The position numbers and the translations under genes were made by a program. This document shows, piece by piece, positions 12,056 through 25,224 of a stretch of 64,000 nt of DNA. This DNA is from Octopus sinensis (taxonomy: Eukaryota): assembly GCF_006345805.1 (NCBI RefSeq), contig NC_043006.1, positions 59,892,001 through 59,956,000 on the forward strand, read 5' to 3'. The notes under the pieces are model-generated. The model was not told the DNA's origin. It made no database searches and saw only the letters and a list, made by a program, of their open reading frames with translations. Each line of letters opens with the position of its first letter. The first letter of the stretch is position 1.

Positions 12056-13829
12056 AATTATATATATATATATATATATATATAATACACATATATGTAC
12101 ACATGCACATAAACAAAAAGCGTCTTTAAATTTCCATCAACCAAATACACTCGCAAGGCAATGGATGACACTTGCCCAAGATTCCATGCAACGGGACTGA
12201 TTACAAAACTACAAAGTTGGGAAGTAAAAGCTGGAGTCTTTTTTATTTACTTCATTTTATTCTACTTTTTTTCCATTATTTGTTGAACCTCAGGCCGGTT
12301 CTGGCCGAGACCATAGAAACTTGTTAATCACACAGTACAGGTGTATTGTCTGAATAGATACATTAAATATATGCTTACTGAATATAATCAGTGCGTATGT
12401 GTCACTTGGATGGCTACAAAAGGTAGCTGTTGAATGTTTAAACAATGGGTATAAATCCTATCTTTTATTTATATTTGTGACTGCGTCGAGTTAATGTGCC
12501 TTTTCTTTTTGTAAGATAATACTGTGTGATTTAATGGAAAATTTGGCAGCTACTTTTAGCAGGTTGATCGAACAGGTGGATGTATCTTCCTTGGCTCATG
12601 TATGTAGCCCTTATCTAGCAGTTAGTAGATAATGTTAAGATAGACAATTTATATAGACATAGTTCAATGAATACAGGCGATAACATTTATGTACAAGCAG
12701 TTAATACACGCTGGGTAGTTCATTTAATCATACCGGTCTTACATCTAGTTTCTAGGTGTCGGCTAAACAAACTACATCCTAATATCCAAAAATGCCAATT
12801 GGTCCACTAACCGCTGCGTCTCAACTGCATAAACAAACAATATTGGTACAGATAATCTTAAAATTAAAATCCAACAAGGGAAGCAACTGCATAAAGACTT
12901 ATCTTTGAGTTAGTTCCCTTTATAAATAATTCTTTACGAAGTTCAAAACAAAATCGTAAAGTTTCTGTTTCTGGAGTAGATTGTTGAGCCAATACAAATT
13001 ATATTTAAGAGACACAAGCCTTGTCAGTCCGCCTCATGGTCCCAGAGGACAAAATGGAAAAGGTGTTGCGCCGGAGGATGGCGAGGGAGACTGGCTGGAA
13101 CAGCCACTTTGACTCAGGGAACTTTGCACAAGCGGTTAGCCATCTCAGCCCTAATAGTTGTAAGGAGGGATGTAGTTAGGGATCAACAATGCTGAAAGTC
13201 TCCACTGCTACAAGCTAGACCTCAAATCTATGAGAATGGCTGATACTTTGGCAATTTGCATTTTCTCACCTTGAAGAACAGTGGAGCCTGGCTGGCAGCT
13301 GAACACACCAGGTTCCTACTGGTGAAGGTGTCAAAGCATGTGACATTGCAGATGAGGGACCTACCATCGAGGAATGGTAAAACTGTCATGGCGGCTGACC
13401 TTTTACCGCCTCCTCTATTCAGCCCCGTTAGCTCGAGTTGGGAGGGGAAGCCTGCTGCGTCTAGGTCATATTTTATGATCTTGTTTCATTGAGCAAATAA
13501 TGGGAATTGGGGTTCAAAACCGACCATATCTTCTCTCATATCTGAAGCTTTGTGCCTATGTTGATAGCAATGACTCAGAACCATCGTAGTTATCTTCCAT
13601 ATTTACAGGAAAAATATGATGTAATATTTATTTATAATATTCTTTTATTCTTTTAGGTGTTTCAACCCAAAGGTTGTGGCCATGCAGGAGCACCACCAGT
13701 GTTATCACCTTTTCAGTGGCCATTCTTACGAGATTGGCTTTTTGTGAAGGAGGCAGTTCGATATTGTTGGCCTCTTTTGAGTTTATTGTTGTGATGTAGG
13801 TTCATCTGAGACCTTGGAGAGCAGGAGGT

Positions 13830-16800
13830 CAAGTTTTTCTTTGAAAACATCTACCCTCAACTCCATGTAGACCCCTCAGATGTTTTAGCATGGTATTAAA
13901 TAGCTGTGGGTTCTAGAATCACAAACTATTGCAGTACATGGTTCACACTCTAGAAGGGATACCTATTTCTTTACTACCCACAAGGGACTAAACTCAGGGA
14001 GGACAAACAAGGACAGACAAACGGATTAAGTCGATTATATCGACTCCAGTGCATAACTGGTACTTATTTAATCGAACCCGAAAGGATGAAAGGCAAAGTC
14101 AACCTCGGTGGAATTTGAACTCAGAACGTAGCAACAGACGAAATACCGCTAAGCATTTCGCCCAGCATGCAAACGTTTCTGCCAGGTATCTAGAAGGAAT
14201 ACCTGGAATCTTTGGAACAGTGCAGTGACGTCTGGTTTGGGAATTAATATAGCTCATGATGCTCTTCCATATGTACATCACTGCATACCTTTCCTGTCTT
14301 TGCTCCAGGCAGTAGGATAGTATCTCTTTCAGTCTCTCCCAGTAGCTCAGCTTTTCCATTGATGCAATCTTCCTGGTGTAACACTGCTGAACTGCTTCAA
14401 GTTCCACTAGTAATTTGTCACTGTAAGGTGACCACAGTTGAGAGCCATAATCCAGAGGGCTGAGGACAAAGGTTGTCCAGAGAACCAGCATAGTTTCCTA
14501 GTCCCTTGTTCTGAAGTTCATTTGCACATTGACATCATCTTGGTGATATGCATGTGAAATGAGGCATTGTTGTTTACATCAATCCCTAGATCATGTACCG
14601 TACTTGACTCTGGGATTTCTGCCCCTTTGATCTAAAATATCATTGTGGTGGAATGTTAGCACAAGCCAGCTGATAGTGATGGCTTGGAATTTCCCAGCAA
14701 GGAAGTGCATGCTGTTTTCTTCAGCCCATTTATATATGATATCTCTGTCTTTCTGTAGATTAATATTGGAAGGTTCCTTCACTGCTTGTACTACTTTTGT
14801 ATCACCGGCATAGCTAGTAGGTGTGGATGTCTGTGTAACTGATGGCATGTTCAAAAGAGCCATCATAAACAACAGCAGCTGTAAAACAGTTCCCTGAGGC
14901 ACTCTACTCGTTATTACTGTCTCCTTGGCAGTCACAACCTGGATTCTGTCTTTAAAATAATAATAATAATGAAATTATTGTATACAGTGCTCAGGTGCAC
15001 CACAACTTGTCAGAAAGTGCATATAAAGTACATGCAGTAATGTAGAAATGTCTGGAAAGTGAACATGCTTGTGTGTGTATGGAGGGGAGAAAATCAAGTG
15101 TAGTGTTGGCGAATCTCAGGAAGCATGGAAGTCTTGAAGGATGCAGTGCTCCGACAACTAAAAACCGATGCCGGCAGTTTGTTCCACGCTTCAGCAACTC
15201 TCAGCGTGAAAAAAATGTTTCCTGAAGTCATGGAAGCTGTGCTGTTTTCTTACTTTGTAAATATGTCCGCGGGTGTTAGATGGGTGGAGTTTGAAGAGGT
15301 GCTCAGTGTTATTGTTTGTGCGATGGTTGATAATTTTATGGGTGTCTGCCAGGTCAGCTGCCAGACGTCAGAGTTTCAATGTGTCCATGCCCAGGGAAGT
15401 AAGGCGTTCAGGATATGGCAAATGCCTGATGGAGGGTATTTTTTGGTTGCACGTCGCTGAACAGCTTCCAGACGATTGATGTCCTGGGCAAAATAGGGGT
15501 TCCAGACTGGTGATGCAAATTCCAGGTGAGGTCTTACCATAGCTATATAAAGCCGCAGATAGATAGCCAGAGAGCGGCTCACAAAGGATTTGGTGAGTGA
15601 TGCCAAGACGAAGTCATGTAACCAGTCTCCCAGTTTTCAGACTATGCTGAGACTCTGTAACTTGTGACATTTCATCTCATGATCAACCTTATTAAAGGGC
15701 TTTGCAAAATTAAGATATATCACATCCACATTTGAGTGATTCATTAGATGTTTCAACACCTAGTCATAATGCTGCAGAAGCTGTGTAAAGCAGCTTCTTC
15801 CTGAGTGGAAACCATGCTGGGTGTCAAGGAGTAAGTTATCATATATTCCATGAATGCAATCAGTTTCCTCTGGAAAATGTCTTTCATGACTTTGCTGATA
15901 TGGGAAGTTAGAGAGACAGGCCTATAGTATTATTAGCAACTACTCTGCTACCCGCTTTATGGATAGGACATAAGCCTTTCTTTAACTTTCTGAGAAGTCT
16001 CTCAGTTGTGGGGAAGCTCTGCAGTTCTTTAGGAGGGCTGCTGAGAATCCATCAGGGTTGATATTACATCAGTTTTCTCTATTTTGATGTTATCAATAAT
16101 TGACATCCCTTTGTGTAAAGCTGTGGTGTCAAAGAACTCTTAAGGTATAGCTATTTGCAAGTGCCCCAGAGGAGTTGTGAAAACACTACTGTAATGCACA
16201 TTCAGTATTTCACTTATCCTCTGGGTGTCTGCAGCTGGTGAACCCTTACCTTGTACCGTACTGAAGTAGACTTTTTTAGCAAATCTTTAGAAGTCTTTAG
16301 GGTTTGTCTTTACATTTTTGACAGCCCTGGCTTCCTTCTCATGGAAGGAGATAGGATTCTTTACTATCTTTTTGTGACTCACTTAGACGGTTTGAGACCT
16401 TTTCTTGTCATCTCATTAGAATCTTCCTCTCTCTAGGAATGGTGTCTTTCTGTCAACATTCCCTCTGAAGTTATCTTACTGCATATGGCATGCGTGATTG
16501 TCATAAAGTTCTGTAGTTTTACGTGGATATCTTGTGTAGAGAGACTTGTAGATCAGTTTTGTTCCATAACCACTTAATGCAAGTTCCAACTGGAAAGGAG
16601 TTGGGTGCTTCTAGTAGCCTAAAATCGTTGGTGTCACCTTAACATCATGGATGAGTATTGCTTTATTTGTGAAGCAGAGGTCTAGAATATTTTTTACTGC
16701 TTGTTGAGTGGAGCACTATTTGCTTCATAAAGAGCATGTTGTGAGGTGAAGCAGAGATTCTGCTTGCCTCTGTTCATGCAAGTGATATACCTGAGAGAAG

Positions 16801-17069
16801 GTGGCCCTTAGGTCATTCAACATCATGGAGGTCAAAGTCTCCTAAAAAAGTATTATTTTTTTCTTTTATCTGTTTCAGTCATTTGACTGTGGCCATGCTG
16901 GAGCACTGCCTTTAGTCGAGCAAATCGACCCCAGGACTTATTCTTTTGTAAGCCTAGTACTTATTCTATCAGCCTCTCTTGCTGAACCGCTAAGTGACGG
17001 GGACATAAACACACCAGCATCGGTTGTCAAGCAATGTTGAGGGGGACAAACACAGACACACAAACATAT

Positions 17070-17150
<81 letters not shown>

Positions 17151-17690
17151 CGATAGACTTCATTTATTTTCTGTCTACCAAATCCATTCACAAGGCTTTG
17201 GTTGGCCCAAGGCTATAGTAGAAGACACTTGTCCAAGGTGCCATGCAGTGAGAATGAACCCGGAACCATGTGGTTGGTAAGCAATCTACACTCAACACAG
17301 CCACTCCTGTGCCTGTTGTCAACAAAACTGGGTAATACTTCTTCCATCTTTGTGAGGCTCCCTTCGAATGAGTCCCTATGATCTGGAGCATCTGGTGGGC
17401 AATATGTAGTACATGTTACTGTTTTGGTCTGTTTAATTTTTACTACCAGTGTAGCACAAACTAATTTTGAATGTGACAGCAGGACCACAGGCATGACATC
17501 GTCCAGGATGTATATTATCACTCCACCATGAGTTCTTTCTCTCCTGTCTGTTCGAAATACAGCATACTTGGGTATGCGTCTCTCAGCATCTGATATGTCA
17601 GCATTCAGATGTGTTTCTGTTAGTGTCATGTATATTGCTTGATTACATGCCACCAAGTCTTTCAGGTATGGGGTTTTGCAAGTATAAGTG
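13830..17690 (-). mobile_element. Decayed CR1/Jockey-group LINE (APE plus RT) with nested insertions
   Basis: LTETHLN..FRTDRRERTHGGV (APE), VPQGTVL..LLF and YAGDTKV (RT), LDYGSQLWSPY..LEAVQ..LSYWERLK. Confidence 0.85.
14955..15606 (-). mobile_element. Younger CR1-type LINE 3' fragment with (TTA)n tail; same family at 24445-24880 (+)
   Basis: LYIAMVRPHLEFASPVWNPY..LEAVQRRATK; FFTLRVAEAWNKLP; shared 3' UTR. Confidence 0.85.
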
Positions 17691-18131
17691 ATGATCCAGA
17701 CGGTCCCTGAGCTAATGCTATTACTCTTACTCTTTTACTTGTTTCAGTCATTTGCCTGCGGCCATGCTGGAGCACCGCCTTTAATCGAGCAACTCGACCC
17801 CGGGACTTATTCTTTTTGTAAGCCCAGTACTTATTCTATCGGTCTCTTTTTGCCGAACCGCTAGGTAACGGGGACATAATCACACCAGCATCGGTTGTCC
17901 AGCAATGCTAGGGGGACAAACACAGACACACAAACACACGCATATATATATATATATATACATATATACGACGGGCTTCTTACAGTTTCCGTCTACCAAA
18001 TCCACTCACAAGGCTTTGGTCGGCCCGAGGCTATAGTAGAAGACACTTGCCCAAGGTGCCACGTAGTGGGACTGACCCATGAACTATGTGGTCGGTAAGC
18101 AAGCTACTTACCACAGAGCCACTCCTACGCC
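16862..18131 (-). mobile_element. Two SINE A copies (16862-17312, 17721-18131)
   Basis: Reverse complement of the 6239 element. Confidence 0.9.
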
Positions 18132-18464
18132 TATCTACACAAAGCGTTAGATACGAGAGAGGATACGATCAATTAAACGTTACTTGCTCACTGAAGGGAA
18201 CTGACTCAAATACAAAGTTTCCTGCAGTTACTTCCCTTGCAACTTTTTTTTTTCGCATTATCATAAGCCGGCGAGCTAGCTGGCAGAATCATTAGTACAC
18301 CAGATAAAATGATTTGCAGCATTTCTGTCGGCTTTTCGTTCTGAGTTTAAATTCCGACGGGGCCGAATTTGAGAGTCAATAAAAGAAGGGGCAGTCGTGC
18401 ACTGGCGTCAATCTAATCGATTAGCCCCCGACCCCTAAAATACCAAGCCTTGTGCGTTGCCGGG

Positions 18465-18787
18465 TCATAGTGCTAGTGCATGCATGCGCACATACACGCG
18501 AGTACTGTCCAACTCTCCGACCAGTCACATACAGCTAGCTGGCATTCAATTGGCATATCAAGTTTCGGGCATTTTGATTGGGTTTTGGATAGAAAATTCA
18601 CAAAAAAGTCACTTCTATTGATTTTTTAATGGCTTTGCGGGTGACTAGGGAAATGTAAAGATGTGCACGACCACCCTTGGACGGGTTTGAATGACAATAG
18701 AAAGTGCGAGCTCTCTAACTGAAAAATTGTGGATTTGTATAAAGGACACACACACAGACTGACATTTTGCCGTTTATATATATAGAG
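18465..18787 (-). mobile_element. Helitron-like 5' fragment; inverted near-copy at 36616-36970 (+)
   Basis: 5' TCTCTATATATATAAACGGCAAAATGTC; ~320 bp shared with the 36616 copy. Confidence 0.6.
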
Positions 18788-19709
18788 ATGTTTTAGTCAT
18801 TGAATTGCGTCCATGCTGGTATACTTCACTGAAATGTTTTGAATGAACAAACCGACCCCAGTACTTCTTAAATGCAGGAACTTATTCTATTGGTCTCTTG
18901 TGCAAAGCCAATAATTTACTGGGACGTACACAAACAATAATGGTTGCCTAGGGATGATGGGGAACAGACACAAACATATATACACAAGAATGCGTGCTAC
19001 ATACACGCATGCGTATATGGCAAGCTTCTTTTAGTTTCTGTTGACCAAATCCACTCACAAGGCTTTAGTCAGCCCAGAGCTATAATAGAAGACACTTGCC
19101 AAGGTACAATGCAGTAGGATTGAACATGCAACAGTGTGGTTGGGAAGCAAACTTCTTACCACATAGCCAAGCCTGCATCAAACATTATTAAAATATTATT
19201 GGTTATTGAGCCAATGTCTTTTCCTTCACCAGAGAAGCAGTTCTAATACCTACATCATCATCATTGTTTAACGTCCGCTTTCCATGCTAGCATGGGTTGG
19301 ACGATTTTGACTGAGGGCTGGCAAACCAGATGGCTGCACCAGGCTCCAATCTTGATTTGGCAGAGTTTCTACAGCTGGATGCCCTTCCTAACGCCAACCA
19401 CTCCGAGAGTGTAGTGGGTGCTTTTTACGTGCCACCAGCACAGGGGCCAGTCAGGCGGTACTGGCAATGACCTTGCTTGAATCTTTTTACACGTGCCACC
19501 GAACATATTTCTGAGGTAAAGTCTTAGCTCCAGAAGCAACCTACCAACTTCTACAGACAAGGTCTTTACAACTGCATAAAGCAATGAGAGAAGTGTCACT
19601 ATTGGTGGTGGCTATGTAGAAAAGGACAAATAATTATGCCAAGTTTCGTTCATCCCAGTCATTGGGGAGTGGGTCAGGGGAAATCTTTAATGACCAACTC
19701 TTGTAATTG

Positions 19710-20103
19710 TCAGAGATTATCAAGAAAAAAAGTCTACTAATCAATGTATTAATCCCAACAGATGACAGTATATCTCTAAAAGGAACTCTCAAAATATAAA
19801 GATCTGGAAATAGAGATAACCTGAAAACAGAAACAATCCCTATAATAATAGGTGCATTAGGTATAATTAAAAAACATTCAGACAAATATGTACCCAAAAC
19901 ACCAGGACTTACAAATATATATAACATACAGAAAATAGCACTACTTGGCACTGCACAAATCCTACATAAAGAACTTTTAATACAGTGAAAATAAGAGCAC
20001 CAAAGCAAACCACAGCACAAACTCAAAATATGCAGAGTTGCACTTGGCAGTGCAGTGAAAGCACATGATAAAAATAAAACTACTGAATAATAATAATAAT
20101 AAT
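19710..20103 (+). mobile_element. R4/Dong-like LINE 3' fragment ending in (AAT)n
   Basis: Same family as 41491-43530. Confidence 0.85.
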
Positions 20104-20604
20104 CCTTTCTACTATAGGCACAAGGCCTGAAACTTTTGGGGAGGGAACCAGTTGATTACACTGACCCCAGCGTGTAACTAGTACTTAATTAATTGACCCC
20201 AAAAGTATGAAAGGCAAAGTCAACCTTGGCTGCAATCAACCTTTAAATAAGAGTTTTGCTTCCATTAGTGAAAGCTATACGTATCTTTCAGAAAGCTCCA
20301 TACCAATTTAACTTCATGAAGCATTCGCTGTTAGTTTATGTGCAGGCTATGTGGGACGACAGAACAAAGGGGCTTTTGTTAGCTTATTTCTCCAAAAAAA
20401 TAGTTCCCTTTGCTGTTGAAAAAAATAAACTCAGAGGAGAAGTTTCAATGGCTTCCTTCAATTTCGTTACACTAATTATGTGGCTGTCTCTGACAAGAAA
20501 TTTTCGTTTTCATGTAAAACATCTATATTTTGTAGCCATTATCCATAATCTACTCTCAAAACACTTCAGTAGCTCTACTTTGCATCACTTGAAAACTTAT
20601 ATGT

Positions 20605-21010
20605 TATCATCATCATCATTTAACGTCCGCTTTCCATGCTGGCATGGGTTGGACGATTTGACTGAGGTCTGGCGAACCAGACTCCAATCTGATCTGGCAA
20701 AGTTTCTACAGCTGGATGCCCTTCCTAACGTCAACCACTCTGAGAGTGTAGTGTGTGCTTTTATGTGCCACGCCCAAATGGTGCTTTTTACGTGCCACCA
20801 GCACAGGAGCCAGTCCAGCGGCACTGGCGACGACCTTGCTTGAATATTTCACATGCCACAAGCACAAGTGCTAGTAAGGTGACGCAGTAACGAACATGCT
20901 CGAATGGTGTGCTTAACATGCCATCGGCACAAAGGCCAGCTTGTTGCTCTGGCAACGATCTCACTCATATGGTACTCTTAGCGCTCCACTAGCAATGGAT
21001 GCCAGTTCTA
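20605..21010 (-). mobile_element. RTE 3'-UTR fragment (others near 11205, 19253, 23553, 29095, 29800, 30225, 31703)
   Basis: Matches 3260-3582, including GGTTGGCGTTAGGAAGGGCATCCAGCTGTAGAAA and the (GAT)n tail. Confidence 0.85.
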
Positions 21011-21571
21011 TGATCATTAAAGTGTAATGACCTCCACAATAAACAGTCTTCAATTTGGTTTTCTGTTCTTAGGTTAATCGGAACATAGATTGCCGTGCTA
21101 CTCATAAACCTTCCCAGTAGTTCAAATATTTGGTGAAAAAAATACCACCAAAGCAACTTAAACAATCCAAAGGATGGGTGCATTTGCTAGTATATATATA
21201 TATATATATATTCTTTTATTCTTTTACTTGTTTCAGTCATTTGACTGCGGCCATGCTGGAGCACTGCCTTCAAGGGCTTTAGATAAAGAAATCAATCACA
21301 AGACTTATTCCGTGTAAGCCTAGTACTTATTTTATTGGGGAGATAAACACATCAGCATTGGTTGTCAAGCGATGATGGGGTTGGGGGTGGGGAGAAGAGA
21401 GAAATACAGACACACACACGCACACATAAATATATTATATATATATATATACACACATGCATATGTGTATATATGCTTTGTAAACATGAGTGTGTGTGTC
21501 TGTGTTTGTATATAAGTATGCTCATATACAAGCTCCATTGGAAGGCAGATATTAAATGATGATGATGCCAT

Positions 21572-21619
<48 letters not shown>

Positions 21620-21631
21620 CACACACAAGAG

Positions 21632-21920
21632 GTGGAGGCGCAATGGCCCAGTGGTTAGGGCAGTGGACTCGCGGTTGGATGACCATGATTTCGAGTCCCA
21701 GACTAGGCGTTGTGTGTTCATTGAGCGAAAACACCTAAAGCTCCACAAGGCTCCGGCAGTGGGGGTGGCGACCCATGTTTTACTCTTTCTTCCTGTTTCT
21801 TGAGTAACACTGTGATGGACTGGCATCCTGTCCAGCTGGGGGTAACACATACGCCACAGATATCGGGAAACCGGGCCTCATGAGCCTGGCTAGGCTTGAA
21901 AATGGCGCATAAATAAAATA
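21632..21920 (+). mobile_element. tRNA-derived SINE family C; second copy at 48295-48599 (-)
   Basis: A box TGGCCCAGTGG, B-box-like GATTTCGAGTCC; two ~290-bp homologous copies. Confidence 0.8.
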
Positions 21921-22118
21921 AAATGTATACAAGTGTGTGTGTGAGTACATTTGTACTTGTAAACATGTGTGCATATATATGGTCTGTAAGTATGTAAGTA
22001 TGTGTGTTGCATGTGTGTGTATGTGTGGGTGTTTGTCTGAGTGTGTGTGTCTTTGTGCATATATAGTTGGATTTAAATGTACATGAAACTGCATCAGATC
22101 AATGTTTCCAAAACTTAC

Positions 22119-22182
22119 CGATTTTTATAATCTTGTTGTCAGCAAGGTTCAGGTCTTTCAAATACTTTAAGGAAATCAAGTT
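22119..22182 (-). CDS. LRRC9: LRRC9-like coding exon 4 (NLISLKYLKDLNLADNKIIKI-G)
   Basis: Found by reading; absent from the ORF track. ttctAG acceptor, GTAAGT donor, 64 nt, ends in phase 1. LKDLNLA matches recalled LRRC9. Confidence 0.88.
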
Positions 22183-22212
22183 CTAGAATGAAATGAGAGA
22201 AAATATAATTAA

Positions 22213-22422
22213 CCCTTTTGTTACCATATTTCTGTTGAAATACACTGCTTTTGTTTTCAATTAGTTTTTAAAATAATTAAGAATTTAGTGAAATAATTTA
22301 ATCTTTATTAAGCTGTGTATTGAGCAGAAATTATTGCGTCAGTTTAATAGAAGATTTTCATTTAGTTGCCTTAATAAGAAGGAGTGTGCATTTGAGAATC
22401 AGAGGTGGTTGCATCAAAAGGG
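22213..22422. mobile_element. piggyBac-type MITE
   Basis: TTAA|CCCTTTTG ... CAAAAGGG|TTAA. Confidence 0.7.
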
Positions 22423-22842
22423 TTAACAAAACATTAATAAAACCAAGAAAGTGCATGTCTCAGTAGTTAGTGTCGTGGTGAGTTCGATTCCTGGACCAGG
22501 CTCTGTGTTGCATTTTTGAGCAAGACACTTTGTTCTAGTTCACTGAGCTGTAGAAGTGAGTTGCAACATCACTGGTGCCAAGCTGCATCATTCTTTTGTC
22601 TTTTTGTCTTTCCCTTGGATAACATCAGTGGCCTGGAGAGGAGAGGCTGATACGCATGGGCGACTGCTGGTCTTCCATAAATAATCTTGAACTTGGAGGG
22701 GAAGATTTTAGGTGCAATCCCGTGGTCATTCATGACTGAAGGGTTTCTTTAATAAAACCAATATGGAAGGAGATGGATTGCAATGATGAGTATTCTGGAT
22801 GCTTGATCAATTCAGCTATTTATTTATTGCATTATATAGTAA

Positions 22843-25100
22843 GGGTGGTGAGCTGGCAGAATCGTTAGCACGCTGGGCGAAATGCTTAGCAATATTTTGT
22901 CTGTCTTTACGTTCTGAGTTCAAATTCCGTCAAGGTTGACTTTGCCTTTCATCCTTTTGGGGTCAATAAATTAAGTACCAGATGCGTACTGGGGTTGATC
23001 TAATCGATTGGCCCCATCTCATCAAATTTCAAGCCTTGTGCTTCGAGTAGAAAGGATTACATAGTAAGTGGAAAGTGGCAAACTAGAAGAATTATTAGCA
23101 CACTGGAAAAAATGCTAAGCAATATTCTGAGTTCAAATTTCAACAAGGTTGACTTTGCCTTTCATCCTTTGGGGTTAATGAAATAAGAACCAGTCAAGTA
23201 GTGGAGGGAATGTAGTTGACTAGTTCTGCCCCCACCAGATTTCAGGCCTTTTGTCTGAAACAGAAATGATTATATAGTAAGTGGAAGGTGGCAAGCTGGC
23301 AGAACACTTAGTGCATTAGTAAAAATGCTTAGCAGCATTTCTTCTGGCTCTTTATATTGAAGACACATGGCCTAGTGGTTAGGGTATATTTAGCTCATGA
23401 TCATAAGGTTGTGAGTTCAATTCCTGGGGTGCACTGTGCCTTTGAGCAAACCACTTTCTTTCATGTTGCTTCAGCCCACTCAGCTGGCTTAAATGAGTTC
23501 TACTTGTATTTAAAAGGGCCAGCCTTGTCACATTTTATGTCAAGCTGATTATCATCATCATGATCACCATTGTTTAACGCCCGTTTTCCATGCTAGCATG
23601 GGTTGGACGATTCGACCAGGGTCTGGGAAGCCAGGAGGCTGCACCAGGCTCTGAACTGGCAGTGTTTCTACAGCTGGATGCCCTTTCTAATGCCAACCAC
23701 TCCGTGAGTGTAGTGGGTGCTTTTTATGTGCCACCAATACAGGGGCCAGGTATGCATGTCAATGGGGTGCTCAGCCACTTGCCCATTAATTTCCTGAGCA
23801 GGCTGTTTCTTTGATTGGATCGACTTGAATCCTTGTTGTAATGACAGTGTCGGTTTCCTTTTGTTTTTTTATATTTTCTGAGTTCAAATTTCGCCAAGGT
23901 CAACTTTGCCTTTCAAGCTTTTGGGGTTGATGAAATAAGAACCAGTCAAGTACTTTCAGGCCTTGTGACCATAGCAGAAAGGATTATATAGTAAGTGGAA
24001 AGCAACAAGCTGGTAGAATCATTAGTACATTGGAAAAGATGCTTAGCTGTATATTACTTCTGGCTTTTACATGGCTTAGTGGTTAGAGGGTATTCAGCTC
24101 ATGATCATAAGGTTGTGAGTTCAATTCCTAGTGGTGCATTGAGTTCTTGAGCAAGAGACTTTATTTCATGTTGCTCCAGTCCATTCAGCTGGTAAAAATG
24201 AGTAGTACCAGTATTTCAAAGGTCCATGCTGAATCTTCCTGAGAGGTACATTAAGGGTATTCATGTCTGTAGAGAGCTTAGTCACTTGCACATTAGTTTA
24301 ACAAGATGGCTGTTCGATTGATTGGATCAACTGGAACCCTAGTTGTCGTAACCAACAGAATGCCAGTTTCAGTTTTTTTTTCTATGTTCTAAGTTCAAAT
24401 TTTGTCAAGGTCAACTTTGCCATTTATCCTTTGACTATCCCGCTTCCACCACATTTCAGCCTTGTGCCAAGTCAGCTTGGCAGCCACCCATAAAATTATT
24501 AACCCTCTTACAAACAATAACTCTGAGCACCTTTTCAAACTCCACCTGTCTAACACCTGTGGACATGTTTACAAAGTCAGAAAACAGCACAGCTCCCATG
24601 ACTTTCGGAAACATTTTTTCACGCTAAGAGTTGCTGAAGCATGGAACAAACTGCCGGCATCAGTTGTTAGTTGTCAGAGCACTGCATCCTTCAAAACTTC
24701 CATGGTTCCTGAGATTCGGCAACACTACACCTGATTTACTCCTCTCCATACACATGCAAGCATGTATCTGTTCGCTTTCCAGACACTTGTACATTACTGC
24801 ATATACTTTATATGCACATTTGACAAGTTGTGGTGCACCTGAGCACTGTATACAATAATTTCATTATTATTATTATTATATAGTAAGTGGAAAACAACAA
24901 GCTGGCAGAATCCTTAGTGCATTAATAAAAATGCTTAGTAGCATTTCTTCTAGCACTTTACATTCTGAGTTCAAATTCTACTGAGACTGACTTTTCTTTC
25001 ATCCTTTCAGGGTCAATAAAATAAATGTCAGTTAAGCACTGGGGGTGGGGCAAAGTAATTGGATAGCCCTTCTCAGCCTTGTGTCAAAATTTGAAACCAT
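22843..25100 (+). mobile_element. Cluster of SINE family B copies with nested insertions
   Basis: Repeated GCTGGCAGAATCGTTAGC..GAGTTCAAATTC..GCCTTTCATCCTTT(C)GGGGTCGATAAA..AGTACCAG. The core resembles the Meta/MESC SINE domain (from memory). Confidence 0.8.
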
Positions 25101-25224
25101 TATATGGTAAGTGGCTGAATATTCCACTGTCCTCAAGCAGAATCAGTCTGACAGTGGGTGTAACAAGTCTGGTCCTTGAATTACAAGTTTAGTCACCCTA
25201 CTTCCTACCTTTCTCTCAAAATGT

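Noticed and set aside
20256-20843. 195-aa ORF
   Set aside because: TTG start, runs into an antisense RTE tail, no recognisable domain.
21632-21710. tRNA-like heads here and at 6239, 48525 and 53147
   Set aside because: They continue into SINE bodies and lack a complete cloverleaf; not tRNA genes.
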